Part shown: one piece after another, positions 26,341 through 39,736 of the stretch
Numbering within the stretch: the stretch's first letter is position 1
Layout of the letters: every line of letters starts with the position of its first letter
Assembly (NCBI GenBank): GCA_028826165.1
Contig: JAPDFW010000055.1
Coordinates: 434,001 to 498,000, forward strand
Length of the DNA: 64,000 nucleotides
Direction: 5' to 3'
Source of the DNA: Anaeramoeba ignava BMAN
Taxonomy: Eukaryota > Protista > Anaeramoebae
Program-made: the position numbers and the translations under genes
Notes under the pieces: model-generated
What the model was told of the DNA's origin: nothing
The model's input: only the letters and a program-made list of their open reading frames with translations
The model's database searches: none

Positions 26341-28369
26341 TTATTTATCCGATTTCTTTTTCCGATTTCTTTTTAAAGGTTGGTTTTTACTGATATTTTT
26401 TTGATTCTTATCATTTCTTTTTTTTTTGTTAAATTTTCTTGCATTTTGTTTTTGAAAATTTTCATTTTTCTGAAGTTTGTTTTGAACTCCTTTCATATAA
26501 TCAGGAATTGAATCATTATTTTTTTGAGTATTTGTTTCTGAAAGATTTTCATCATCAAAATTATCAAATGGATATTTTTCTGTTTCATCCAATTCTGCAA
26601 GCATTTCAAGATCTCTAAATTTATCGAATTTATCGATTTTTTGGAGTTTTTTCTCAAGTTTATTTTGTTCTTTTTTTTCTGCTTTTGTTGGTTGATATCT
26701 AACAAAATTTTCTTCTTCATAATTTTGGATTTCTCTTTCTCTATTTGCTATTTCTTTTTGGATAATTGATGATTGTGTTACTCCTGAAATTTCTCTTGGT
26801 TTTGAAGAGAATTGATCTTTTAAATCTTTTAAAATGGAACTTTTTTGTGCTTTTTTTTCCAATAATTTTCTTTTTCTACGAGCTTTTTCAGCTTCTATTT
26901 TTATGAAATTCAAAATTAAATATTAAATATTAAATATAAAATATAAAATATTAAATATAAAATATTAAATATAAAATATAAAATATAAAATATAAAATAT
27001 TAAATATAAAATATTAAATATTAAAAATTAAATATTGAATAATAAATATAAAATATAAAATATAAAATATTAAATATAAAATATTAAATATAAAATATAA
27101 AATATAAAATATAAAATATAAAATATAAAATATTAAATATAAAAATTAAAATAAAAATATAAAATATAAAAAATATTAAATATTAAAATATAAAATATTA
27201 AATATTAAATTAAATATAAAATATTAAATATTAAATATATTAAATATAAAATATATAAAAATATTAAATATAAAATATAAAAATATAAAATATAAAATAT
27301 AAAATATATAAAATATAAAAATATTAAATATTAAAATTAAAAATAAAATATAAAATATTAAATATTAAATATTAAATATTAAAATATAAAAATATAAAAT
27401 ATAAATAAAAATAAAAATATAAAATAATAAATATAAATAAATAAAAATAAATAAAATATAAATAAAAAAATAAAAATAAAAATATAAAAATATAACATAA
27501 AATACAAAAATATAAAAATATAAAATATTAAAATAAAAATATAAAAATATAAAAAATATAAAAATAAAAAAATAAATAAAAATTAAATATAAAATATTAA
27601 ATATTAAATATAAAATATTAAATATAAAATATTAAATATAAAAAAAAATATTAAAAAATAAATAAAAATATTAAAATATAAAATATTAAATATAAAATAT
27701 TAAAATATAAAATATTAAATATTAAAAAAAATTAAAAATATAAAATATTAAATATTAAAATTAAATAAAAAATTAAAATATAAAATATTAAATATTAAAT
27801 ATAAAATATTAAATTAAATATTAAATATAAAATATAAAATATTAAATAAAATATAAAATATAAAATATTAAATATAAAATATTAAATATTAAATATTAAA
27901 TTAAATATTAAATATAAAATATTAAATTAAATATTAAATATAAAATATTAAATATTAAATTAAATATAAAATATATACCACGAGGATCTAAATATGCTGA
28001 AATTTTAGAAATTCGATAAACAGAATCTTCTTCATTTTCATCAATTTTTGAAATAAGATCACTTGGCCTTGGTTTAAAAGCTAAAGGATCTTGTTCTTTT
28101 ATATTTAATTGATTATCTTGTAATTCATTTTTCATTTCTTTTTGTAAATTAGAATCTATTTTTGTATCTAAATGTTGAATATTTCCCATAATTGATGTTT
28201 TAATTAATTTATCAATTTGATATTTAATTTTATATTCAATTGGTTCTATTTTTTCAATAAATATTCTTTGTTGAATCATTTTATCAATTAAAGGATGATT
28301 TTGGATAGAAATTCCTTGCATTTTGAAAAATACTAAAAAAATCAAATTGATACAATAATCAAGCATCAT
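26341..28369 (-). CDS. NGDN: Neuroguidin/Lcp5 (Sas10/Utp3 family SSU processome factor), 5' end unresolved
   Basis: LDYCINLIFLVFFKMQGISIQNHPLIDKMIQQRIFIEKIEPIEYKIKYQIDKL, then LAFKPRP and VYR.SKI; intron 26895-27978 joins in frame to SILKDLKDQFSSKPREI...YEEENFVR. Confidence 0.85.
26915..27975. repeat. Nearly pure A/T minisatellite (AAATATA/AAATATT units) filling the NGDN intron
   Basis: Direct reading; intron is 1084 nt. Confidence 0.9.
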
Positions 28370-28747
28370 TTCTTTTTGTTATTTTTTTAATTTTAATTTT
28401 AATTTTGATTTATTTTAATATTAAATTTAATTTTAATATTAAATTTAATTTTAATATTAAATTTAATTTTAATTTTAATTTTAATTTTAATTTTAATTTT
28501 AATTTTAAAAATTGTTTTTAATTTAAAATTTTTCCATTTTAATTTTTAATTTTTATTTTTAATTTTTTAATTTAAAAATTTTAATTTTTAATTTAAATTA
28601 ATATTTTAATTTTAATTTTTTAAAGATTTAAAATTTGTTTTTAAGTTTGTTTGAATTTCATTTTTCATTTTATTCCATTTCATTTTTTAATTTTTTTGAT
28701 TTTTTTTCATTTTTTAAATTTTGATTTTCTATTTCATTTTTTCATTT

Positions 28748-29176
28748 TCAATTTTTAATTTTATTTTCATTTTCATTTTCATTTTCATTTTCTAATTCAT
28801 TTTCTAATTCATTTTCATTTTCATTTTCTATTTCATTTTGATTTTCTATTTCATTTTGATTTTCTATTTCATTTTGATTTTCATTTTCATTTTCATTTTG
28901 ATTTTCTATTTCATTTTCATTTTCATTTTCATTTTCATTTTCATTTTCATTTTCATTTTCATTTTCATTTTCATTTTCATTTTCATTTTCATTTTCATTT
29001 TCATTTTCATTTTCATTTTCTAATTCTATTTCATTTTCATTTTCTAATTCATTTTCATTTTGATTTTCTAATTCATTTTCATTTTGATTTTGATTTTCAT
29101 TTTGATTTTCTAATTCATTTTCATTTAAATTTATTTCTTGAAATTTTGATTGTTTTTTCTTTTTTTGTAAAGACAT
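28748..29176 (-). CDS. Glu/Asn low-complexity ORF, possibly the first exon of the NGDN gene
   Basis: ATG-initiated MSLQKKKK...(EN)n ORF on the same strand just upstream of the partial NGDN; no clean splice junction could be identified. Confidence 0.3.
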   Translation of the reverse strand: MSLQKKKKQSKFQEINLNENELENQNENQNQNENELENQNENELENENEIELENENENENENENENENENENENENENENENENENENEIENQNENENENQNEIENQNEIENQNEIENENENELENELENENENENENKIKN

Positions 29177-29397
29177 TTTTTATTTTAAATTTTAATTTTT
29201 AAAAAGAAAAAAATGAAAAAAAAATTGTTTTTTTTTAATTTTTTTTTTTATTTTTGTTTTTTGTTGAAATGGTTGAAAAAAGAAAAAAGAAAAGAAAAAA
29301 ATTTGAATTAATTTTCGTTTTGGAGAATTAAAAAAAAAATGGAAAAAAAAAATTAGTTCTTTTTGATAAATTGTTTTAAAAAAAAAAAAAAACAAAA

Positions 29398-30343
29398 TTA
29401 ATCTGATCCTGATTCTGATTCTGATTCTGATTCTTCTGAAGATTTAAAGAATTTGTCAATATCTTCAGAATCACTTGAATCAGTTAACATAGCAAGTCTT
29501 TTTTTATTAAATTCGTTCATTGCCTCTTTATATTCTTCTTTTTTCTTAAGAGCTTCTTCTTGATATTTCTATTTTATTTAAAAAAATTATTTTAAAATTA
29601 AAATTTTGAATTAAAATTTTGATTGAATTTTGAATTAAATTTACCTTTTTCTCTGATTCAGTTAATGCTTTCCATTGTTCTGCAATTTGTTTGCTCATTT
29701 CTCCAACTTTAATTCCTTTGTTATCTTTCATTAATTTGGATCTTGCTTCTTGTGCATAAAGAAGATATGCGTTCTTTGGTCTTTTTGGTGGTTCCAAATC
29801 TAAAAGTTGTCTGAACTTTAATCTTTTCTTTTTTTCATCTTTTCCTTTAACTGATTCATCCATATCAATTCTTTTTTTTTCAAATTCTTCAAGTTCCTTT
29901 TTATAATTTTCTTTTTCTTCTTCAGCTTTTTTTTGATAATCCTATTTTTATTTAAAAACATGAAAGGAATTAAAAAATGAATTAATTTCAAGTTTTTGAT
30001 TAAAAATTTTAATTTTAATTTATTTATTTTTTTGGAATTTTTATAACGGTTATTTAATTTTTATCAAGAAAAAAAAATTTTTATTTCTATTTATTTTTCT
30101 TTTAATTTTTACCTTCTTTTTTTTTTCTGAAACTTCTTTCCACATTTGTGAGATTTTTTGACTTAATTCTCCAACTTTAAGTCCTTTGTTATCTTTAAGA
30201 AGTGTTTCTCTTTGTTCAGCTGCAAAAATCAAATAAGGATTTCTTGGTTTTCTTGGTCTTTCCAACTCGTCTTTTTTCTTTGGTTTTGTTTTTCTTGTTT
30301 TTTTAGTATTTTTTTTTGAATCACGTTTTGATTTTGAACTCAT
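29398..30343 (-). CDS. Two-HMG-box protein with acidic/Ser tail (HMGB/NHP6-like), 3 exons
   Basis: Exons 30343-30113, 29941-29645, 29568-29398. Box 1 PRKPRNPYLIF..SQMWK; box 2 PKRPKNAYLLY..AEQWKALTESEK/KYQEEA; tail SEESESESESGSD*. Confidence 0.92.
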
Positions 30344-30804
30344 TTCTAATTAAAAATAATAATAAATAAAAATAATAAATAAAAATAATAAATAAAAATA
30401 ATAAATAAAAGTTTCTGTTAAATTTTTAAATGTAATTTTTAATTTTAATTCAATAAAATAATTACTTTTAATAAATTTGCTTTTTTGTTTTTAAATTAAA
30501 GCAAGAAAAAAATAAAAAAAATAAAAATTAAATGTAAAGCAAAAAAATGAAAATTTTTTATTAAATTGTTTTTTTTTTTAAATGTTTTTTTTTTTTATTA
30601 ATTAATTAACGATCGTTAAAAATTTAAATTAAAAAAAAAATTTTTTTATTTAATTTTTTTATTTAATTTTTATTTAATTTTTTAATTAAAAATCGTTAAA
30701 AAAAATTTTTTTTTTTATTTTAACGGATCAAATAAAAAAATTTTAAATAAACAAGAAAAGGAGAAAAAATTTTAATTTTAATTTTTAATTTCTCCTTTTT
30801 CTTT

Positions 30805-33725
30805 AATTAAATTTATTTAAATAATTAAATTAATAATTAATAATTTTATTTTATTAAATTTATTTAAAATATATTTTTATTAATATTTTATTTATTATTT
30901 ATTAATAAATAAATATTTAATAATATATAAAATAAAAAGTGGAATAAAATATTTTTAATTAAATTTATTTAAATAATTAAAATAATAATTAATAATTTTA
31001 TTTTATTAAATTTATTTAAAATATATATTTATTAATATTTTATTTATTCATTTAATTAATAATTAAATATTTAATAATATATAAAATAAAAAGTGGAATA
31101 AAATATTTTTAATTAAATTTAATTAAATAATTAAATTAATAATTAATAATTTTATTTTATAAAATTTATTTAAAATATATTTTTATTAATATTTTATTTA
31201 TTCTTAATTAATAAATTAATATTTAATAATATATAAAATAAAAAGTGGAATAAAATATTTTTAATTAAATTTAATTAAAAATAATTAAATTAATAATTAA
31301 TAATTTAATTTTATTAAATTTATTTAAAATATATTTTTATTAATATATTATTTATTCTTTATTAATAAATTAATATTTAATAATATATAAAATAAAAAGT
31401 GGAATAAAATATTTTTAATTAAATTTATTTAAATAATTAAAATAATAAATAATAATTTTATTTTATTAAATTTATTTAAAATATATTTTTATTAATATTT
31501 TATTTATTATTTAATTAATAAATAAATATTTAATAATATATAAAATAAAAAGTGGAATAAAATATTTTTAATTAAATTTAATTAAATAATTAAATTAATA
31601 ATTAATAATTTTATTTTATTAAATTTATTTAAAATATATTTTTATTAATATTTTATTTATTATTCTTTATTAATAAATAAATATTTAATAAAATATAAAA
31701 TAAAAAGTGGAATAAAATATTTTTAATTAAATTTAAATAAATAATTAAATTAATAAATAATAATTTTATTTTATTAAATTTATTCAAAATATATTTTTAT
31801 TAATATATTTATTTATTCTTAATTAATAAATAAATATTTAATAATCTAAAAATAAAAAGTGGAATAAAATATTTTTAATTAAATTTAAATAAATAATTAA
31901 ATTAATAAATAATAAATTAATTTTATTAAATTTATTTAAAATATATATTTTTATTAATATATTATTTATTCTTAATTAATAAATAAATATTTAATAATAT
32001 ATAAAATAAAAAGTGGAATAAAATATTTTTAATTAAATTTATTTAAATAATTAAATTAATAATTAATAATTTTATTTTATTAAATTTATTTAAAATATAT
32101 ATTTTTATTAATATTTTATTTATTATTAATTAATAAATATATATTTAATAATATATAAAATAAAAAGTGGAATAAAATATTTTTAATTAAATTTATTTAA
32201 ATAATTAAATTAATAATTAATAATTTTAATTTTATTAAATTTATTCAAAATATATTTTTATTAATATATTATTTATTATTTATTAATAAATTAATATTTA
32301 ATAATCTAAAAATAAAAAGTGGAATAAAATATTTTTAATTAAATTTAATTAAATAATTAAATTAATAATTAATAAATTTTATTTTATTAAATTTATTTAA
32401 AATATATTTTTATTAATATTTTATTTATTATTTAATTAATAAATAAATATTTAATAATAAATATAAAATAAAAAGTGGAATAAAATATTTTTAATTAAAT
32501 TTATTTAAATAATTAAATTAATAATTAATAAATTTAATTTTATTAAATTTATTCAAAAATATATTTTTATTAATATTTTATTTATTCTTTAATTAATAAA
32601 TTAATATTTAATAATATATAAAATAAAAAGTGGAATAAAATATTTTTAATTAAATTTATTTAAATAATTAAATTAATAAATAATAAATTTTATTTTATTA
32701 AATTTATTTAAAATATATTTTTATTAATATATTATTTATTTATTCTTTATTAATAAATTAAATATTTAATAATATATAAAATAAAAAGTGGAATAAAATA
32801 TTTTTAATTAAATTTATTTAAATAATTAAAATAATAATTAATAATTTTATTTTATTAAATTTATTTAAAATATATTTTTATTAATATTTTATTTATTATT
32901 TATAAATAAATATATATTTAATAATATATAAAATAAAAAGTGGAATAAAATATTTTTAATTAAATTTATTTAAATAATTAAAATAAAATTAATAATTTTA
33001 TTTTATTAAATTTATTTAAAATATATTTTATTAATATTTTATTTATTATTAATTAATAAATTAATATTTAATAATCTAAAAATAAAAAGTGGAATAAAAT
33101 ATTTTTAATTAAATTTATTTAAATAATTAAATTAATAATTAATAAATTTTATTTTATTAAATTTATTTAAAATATATTTTTATTAATATATTATTTATTC
33201 TTAATTAATAAATAAATATTTAATAATATATAAAATAAAAAGTGGAATAAAATATTTTTAATTAAATTCATTTAAATAATTAAATTAATAATTAATAATT
33301 TTATTTTATTAAATTTATTCAAAAATATATTTTTATTAATATATTATTTATTCTTAATTAATAAATAAATATTTAATAATATATAAAATAAAAAGTGGAA
33401 TAAAAATATTTTTAATTAAATTTATTTAAATGATTAAATTAATAATTAATAATTTTATTTTATTAAATTTATTCAAAATATATTTTTATTAATATTTTAT
33501 TTATTATTTATTAATAAATAAATATTTAATAATATATAAAATAAAAAGTGGAATAAAATATTTAAGATTAATTTAAAATTAAAAATTAAAATAATAATTA
33601 ATAATTTTATTTTATTAAATTTATTCAAAATATATTTTTATTAATATATTATTTATTCTTTATTAATAAATTAATATTTAATAATATATAAAATAAAAAG
33701 TGGAATAAAATATTTAAGATTAATT
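30805..33725. repeat. Tandem satellite array A1, ~153 bp unit, ~19 copies, core AAAATAAAAAGTGGAATAAAATA
   Basis: GTGGAA recurs at ~30939, 31093, 31245, 31399 ... 33548, 33700; the rest of the unit is almost pure A/T and conserved between copies. Confidence 0.95.
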
Positions 33726-34160
33726 TAAAATTAAAATTAAAATAAAAAATATTGATAGATTCAATTTACCACTTTATTTTATTTTATTTTATTTTTTAAT
33801 TTAAATTAAATTAAAAAAGAAAAAAAAATTTTCTTTTCTATTTATTATTTTTTTTATTTAATTTTTAATTAATAAATAAAAATTCTCTTTTTGAAAAAAT
33901 AAGATCGTTTAATTAAAATAAAGAAATTAAAATAACTCTTATCAAAAAAAAATTTTTCAATGAGAAAATGAAAATTGCTTTTTTTTAATTAAATATTTTT
34001 CAATTAATTTTTTTAATTATATTTTTAAATTAAAAAAGACAAAAAAAATTTTTTTTTTATTTGTTGTATTTTTTTTTTTTAATTTAATTTTCTTTTTTAA
34101 TTTTTCATTTCTTTTTTCTCATTTGATTCAGATTCGTATTTATCTACTTTTTAAAAAAAA

Positions 34161-37100
34161 ATGGGCAAGTTTATTTCTTTATTTTTAATCTACTTTTTTT
34201 CAATTCTTTTTTTAAATTACAGTAAGAAAATAAAAATAAAAATAAAAAAAAAAGAAAAAACGAAAAAAAAGAATTTGTCATTTTGGATTAAGCAAAATGG
34301 AAAACAAACTTTTTCGAATTTCTTTTTTTTTATCTTTTTAAAATTTAATTTAGATATTTAATTAATTTTTCAATTTAATTTTTTATTTGCTTTTTTTGTT
34401 TATTTGCTTTTCAGAAATTATTTGTGATGCTTATCTCCCTTCAACCCTTTCATCATTAGTAAGTAATGAAAACTATTATTTTGAATCAGGAACAAACTAT
34501 AATTTTGCTGTGGGCGCAGCTTCTAATCTTATAAATGTAAAAAATTTCTTAAATCTTTTCAAATTAAATAATTTGATCTCTTATTTTTTTTCGTTTCATT
34601 TGCTTTTCATTTTATTTAATTTGATCTCTTATTTTTTTTTATTTAATCCAATTTTTTATTTAATATTTTATTTAATAGATCTCAATTTCATGCAACGAAA
34701 CTCTTTCTAAAACAACTAAAGTGTTAGGAGTACTTAATGTAATTAAAAAGAAAAAAGAAAAAATTTCTCTTTTTTTTTGGTTTTGATTTAATTTATTTTG
34801 ATTTAATAGTTCATAAACTGTTCAAATATTGTTATTAATGCTTCATCTTGTGGCAGTAAATTACAATTTACACCTCAATCTACTATTGAACAAGAAAGTG
34901 ATATCTCTTTTGTTAGTGTAGTATTTCTTCTAACAGCTGATATAGAATCATTTGATTCAAGTGTTCAATTATTGGATTGTGATATAAGTCAACTTGATGT
35001 ATCTGGAAATTTTATTGATGGTCATGATTCTCATTTCTTTATTAAATCTTTGAATACTTTAAATTATACTTCTTTTCCAAACTTTTATTTTGATTCTGAA
35101 GATAATCCAAATTCAAGTTTAACATTAGATAGTTGTGATGGAAGTTTTAATTTAATAGTGGATGCAGTTCAAATAGCTTTAATTGATTGTGCTCCTTTAG
35201 AAATGACAATCCAAAATACAAATTTATCTCTTAATAGTTCTTATATTCAAATCAATGATTTAAATCTTGTTAATTCTTATTTTGAAATGATAAATTCATC
35301 TCTCAAAAATTTAATTCTTTCAGGAAATTCTTCAATTTCTGGTGATACTTTGAATATTTCTGAATCACTTTCTTTTGTTGGAGATAATTCTCAGTTGAAA
35401 GTTATTAATGCATCTGTTTATTTTAATGGAACAAGTTTTTCAAGTGATGAAACTTCAGTTCAAATTCAAAAAAATTTTTCTATTTTTTCTACAACTTGCA
35501 CTGTTCAATCAACAAATCTTTATTTGATAGTTAATAACACAAATTTGCAAATTAATTATTCAATTTCAATTAAAAGAATTGATTTTATTGGTGATACTTT
35601 ATTACATGGTTCAGCAATTCTTCAAGTTTCAAATCAAATTTTTTTCAATGAATCAGGAATTAAAACAATTTATTCTCCTTTAAATATCTTAAATTTAATA
35701 AATTCAGTAACTTATTCTGGAAATGATAACTTCATTTATTTATACAATGATTTCTTTATTGATACTTCTCTTACTTCAATTCAACTTCCTGGTATTTATT
35801 CAGAAAATAATGAATCAATTTTAGGATTATATTCTGATACTATTAATACAAATTATTCAATTCCATTTCTTGAAATTAATGGAGGAAATATTTCTGGAAA
35901 TAATAATTTTCTTATTGTTGAAGATAATATAAGTTTCAATGGAAATTCATTAATAATAAATAATATTCAAATTGATTCACAAGAAACAAATTTTATTGAA
36001 AATGGAATAATTCAATTCCAAAATTCTTATTTATACTCAAAATCATCAAATTTTCAACAAGATTCAAATTTCACAATTTTTGGAAATGGTCTTTTCTTTT
36101 CACAAGAATTAAATGATGAAGGTATTTTGATAATTGATAATATATTTGGAGGTAAAAATATTCAAATTCAAGAAAATGGAGATTTAAAACTTTCAAATAT
36201 CAATTCTTCAAATTTCCAAAATTCAAATGTTGTTTTAAATGGAAGTTTAACGATTGAAAATTCAATAATTTCTGATCCTTTTGATTCTTTGATTTCTAAT
36301 TCTGCAAATCAATTCCCATTAATCATTATCAACTCTCAAATTTCTTTTTCCAATAATCAATTTGATTTTCCTTCTTTACAAATGATAAATTCAAGTTTAA
36401 CTTCAAAATCTTTTGTTTGTAATTCAGAAGCTGAGATTTCTTTATCAAATTCTACTTTCAATACTCAAGAATTTTTGAATAATGGAACTTTTTTGATTGA
36501 TTCATCAATTTTTTCATCTTCTATAAATGGTTATAATTATGGAAATTTTTCTGTAAACAATTCTGATGCTTTTTTCCAAAAATTAGAAAGTTATGGAGAT
36601 TTTCAATTCAATAATTCCAATTTAACTCTTAATGATAATTCATTTTTGAATAATACAAATAATATTTTTGGAATATCATATTTCATAAATTCAATTATTG
36701 AAATTATTGATGAAAAACTTTTAAGTTTTAATGGAAATTATATGATTGAAGATGGAGGTTCAATTTTAGGAGAATTCAAAATTGAAGAAAATTCAAATAT
36801 AACTTTATTATTAGAAGAGAATAATAATACTTATTTATCAATTAATCATCAACCTCAAATACAAGGAAAATTATATTTAAATTTACTTCGATACTCAGAA
36901 GATCAACCAAGATATTATCCATATAAAGCAATTTATTTACTTAATTCTTTCAATTTTTCATCAGAACAACTTGAATCAAGTGATGAACAATTTATTGAAA
37001 TAAATCAAAATGAAAATTGGATTATTGCACAAGTTAAAGGATGCAAAAAAGGAAAATATAGTAATGATTTTGATCAAGAATGTAAAGATTGTTCTGAAGG

Positions 37101-39522
37101 AGAATATAATAATGAAACTGGAGCAACTTCTTGTAAAAAATGTCCATCAGGATATATTTCCAATCAAAAAGGAAAAGAAGAATGTGAACCTTGTAATGAA
37201 GGTTATTATCAACCAAACACTGGACAAAGCTTTTGTTTTGAATGTCAACCAGGAACACATGCACCTCATAATGGTTCAGATCATTGTCAAGAATGTCCAG
37301 GAGGAGAATATAATTATAATAATGCTTCAACAACTTGTGATGTATGTGGAGCAGGAAATTATAGTGATAATCCAACAAAATGTGATTTTTGTCCATTAGG
37401 GAAATATAATCCAAAAGAAGGATCTACACTTTGTTATAATTGTTCTATTGGAACATATTCAAATCAAAAAGGAAAAACATTTTGCAAAGCATGTGATGTT
37501 GATACATATCAAGATGAAATTGGAAAAGAATCATGTAAAGTTTGTCCTGAAAATTCAGAAACAAATGGATATGGAGCAACAAGTATCAATGATTGTGTTT
37601 GTTCACTTGGATATTATGGAATTGCAAGTAAATTATGTGAAGTTTGCCCTGAAGGAAGTTTATGTAACGATATTGGAATTGTAATTCCTTATGCCAAAGA
37701 AGGATATTGGCATTCAAAAACTGATCCAACAAATTATCTTGAATGTGCAGTAAAAGAAGCATGTCCTGGAGGAGGAACTGATATTTGTAATAAAAATATT
37801 GGATATAGTGGTAATTTATGTGCAGTTTGTTTGAAAGGATTTTATAAATTTGGAAGCCAATGTATGAAATGTCCAAATAATCAAAAAAATCGATTAATTC
37901 TTGTTGGATTGTTTATTATTTTGCTTTGTTTATTTCTTTTCATTATTGCAAGAAAAATTCGAAATTATTTTGCATCTTTTAGTATTATGTTTTCTTTCTT
38001 TCAAGTTTTAGCTGTTATTTCAGGACTTAAATTAAATTGGCCAGGATCTATTGAAACAACTTGGAGATCAATTTCATTATTTAATTTCAATATTGATTAT
38101 CTTGCAGTTGAATGTAGTTTACAATTAAGTTATACACAAAAATGGATATTATGTATGCTTTTTCCATTTATTATTCTTGCAGTATTATTGATTGTTTATT
38201 TAATTGCTTTTCTTCATTCTAAATTAATTGAGAAATGTGGAGCAGGATTTATGAGAAAATTTCCAAGATTTTGTTCAAAACCAACAAGAAAAACAACTAA
38301 TAAATATATTTATCCTTTTTCTTGGATAAAATTCAAAATTAGTCAAATATTTACACATGGATTTAGCAAACAAAAACGCAAAACTCTTTATAATAATTTG
38401 ATAAATTCATATACAACAATTCTTTCATTTATTTATTTATTCATTTCTTTCAAAGCTCTTCAAATCTTTGATTGCAAAAAACAAACAAGTGGAGTTTATA
38501 CATTTGAAGGAGATCCATCACTTTTTTGTTATGAAAAATGGTGGAAAGATTTACTTCCATGGGCAATAGTTTGTTTAATTGTTTATGTTATTGGAATTCC
38601 AGTTATTTTTATTATTCTTTTTTTCGTTTCTTCTAAAAAACTTGATGAAAAAACTTTTGATTTAAGATTTGGATTATTATGTTCAAGATATACCAAAAGA
38701 TGGTTTTTTTGGGAAATATTTATTATGATTCGAAAACTATTTTTGATCATTTCTCAATTATTCATTTCTTTTGATTCAATTTTTCAATCAGTAATTTGTG
38801 TTATTGTTCTTCTTTGTGCACTTGTTTTTCAAGTTAATTCAAAACCTTTTGTTTCAGATCGCCATAACAAACTTGAATTTGTTTTAATTTGTTTTTCAGA
38901 AATAATTCTTTTTTCTGGAATGATTTTTGCTTCAAATGATTTAGAAAGAACAAGTGGAAGAAGAATCTTAGCAACAACTATTATTGCAATAATTTGGATA
39001 TCATTTTCAATTCTTATTATTATGATTTTATATGAAATTCGACACAGAGTTAGAGTTAAAAAAGGAAAAGAAATTGATGAAATTAAAAAATCTGATTCAA
39101 TTTCAAGTGGACAAAGTATTCTTAAATTTTTAGATTCCAAACCTTCATTTTTATTACTTTGGAATTGGATTCTTGAAAGTTCTGAACATAAAAACAAATT
39201 ACAAAAAGAATTTTTTCAACAAATCAAAGATTTTTACAATTCAAATCAAGTTTATCAACAAAAATTAAATATTGATGAATTTTGGGAATCATTTTTAACA
39301 AAATGGAAAGATTCTTTTTATCCTATTATTCAATTATGGTTTCTTCAAGCTTCAATTCAAGAAAAAATTCAATTTATGAGAATTTTATCAAAAATTCATT
39401 TTGAAAGTTTTCTTTATTTAAAATCAAATTCAACCAAAAAAGAAAGAAGAAAAACAAAAAGACTTTCAATTCAATATTTCAAACAAAATCTCCTTTTCAT
39501 TCCTCAAACAAATGCAAATTAA
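34161..39522 (+). CDS. Large surface receptor-like protein, copy A: signal peptide, Asn/Ser-rich beta-solenoid-like ectodomain, CxxC (ephrin-receptor-like/GCC2-GCC3) repeats, multi-TM C-terminal domain
   Basis: Exons 34161-34221, 34415-34536, 34679-34738, 34810-39522 splice in frame. Repeats C..CP.GxY....G...C..C; TM region with FFQV...LNWP, FGLL..RY....FFWE....RK and KPF...HN.LE motifs typical of protist Cys-rich multi-TM (GPCR/TRP-like) proteins. Confidence 0.88.
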
Positions 39523-39736
39523 GAAAGAAATAAAAAAGGAAAAATGGAATTACTTCTTCAAAATGTTTCCTCAAAAAAATTGGAATGAATTTTTTTTCTG
39601 TTTGAGTTTTTCAATTTCAATAAAAATAAAAAATTAAATCAAAAAAAATATTTTTCTTCTTTTCCTTTGTGATTTAATTAGGAGATTTTTCCCCAATATC
39701 ATATCTCTTTTTTCATTTATCTCTGGACTTTCATCT

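Noticed and set aside
30805-33725. Regularly spaced GTGGAAT motif suggesting a CRISPR-like array
   Set aside because: The sequence between cores is conserved from unit to unit (no unique spacers), no cas genes are present and the context is eukaryotic; it is a tandem satellite.
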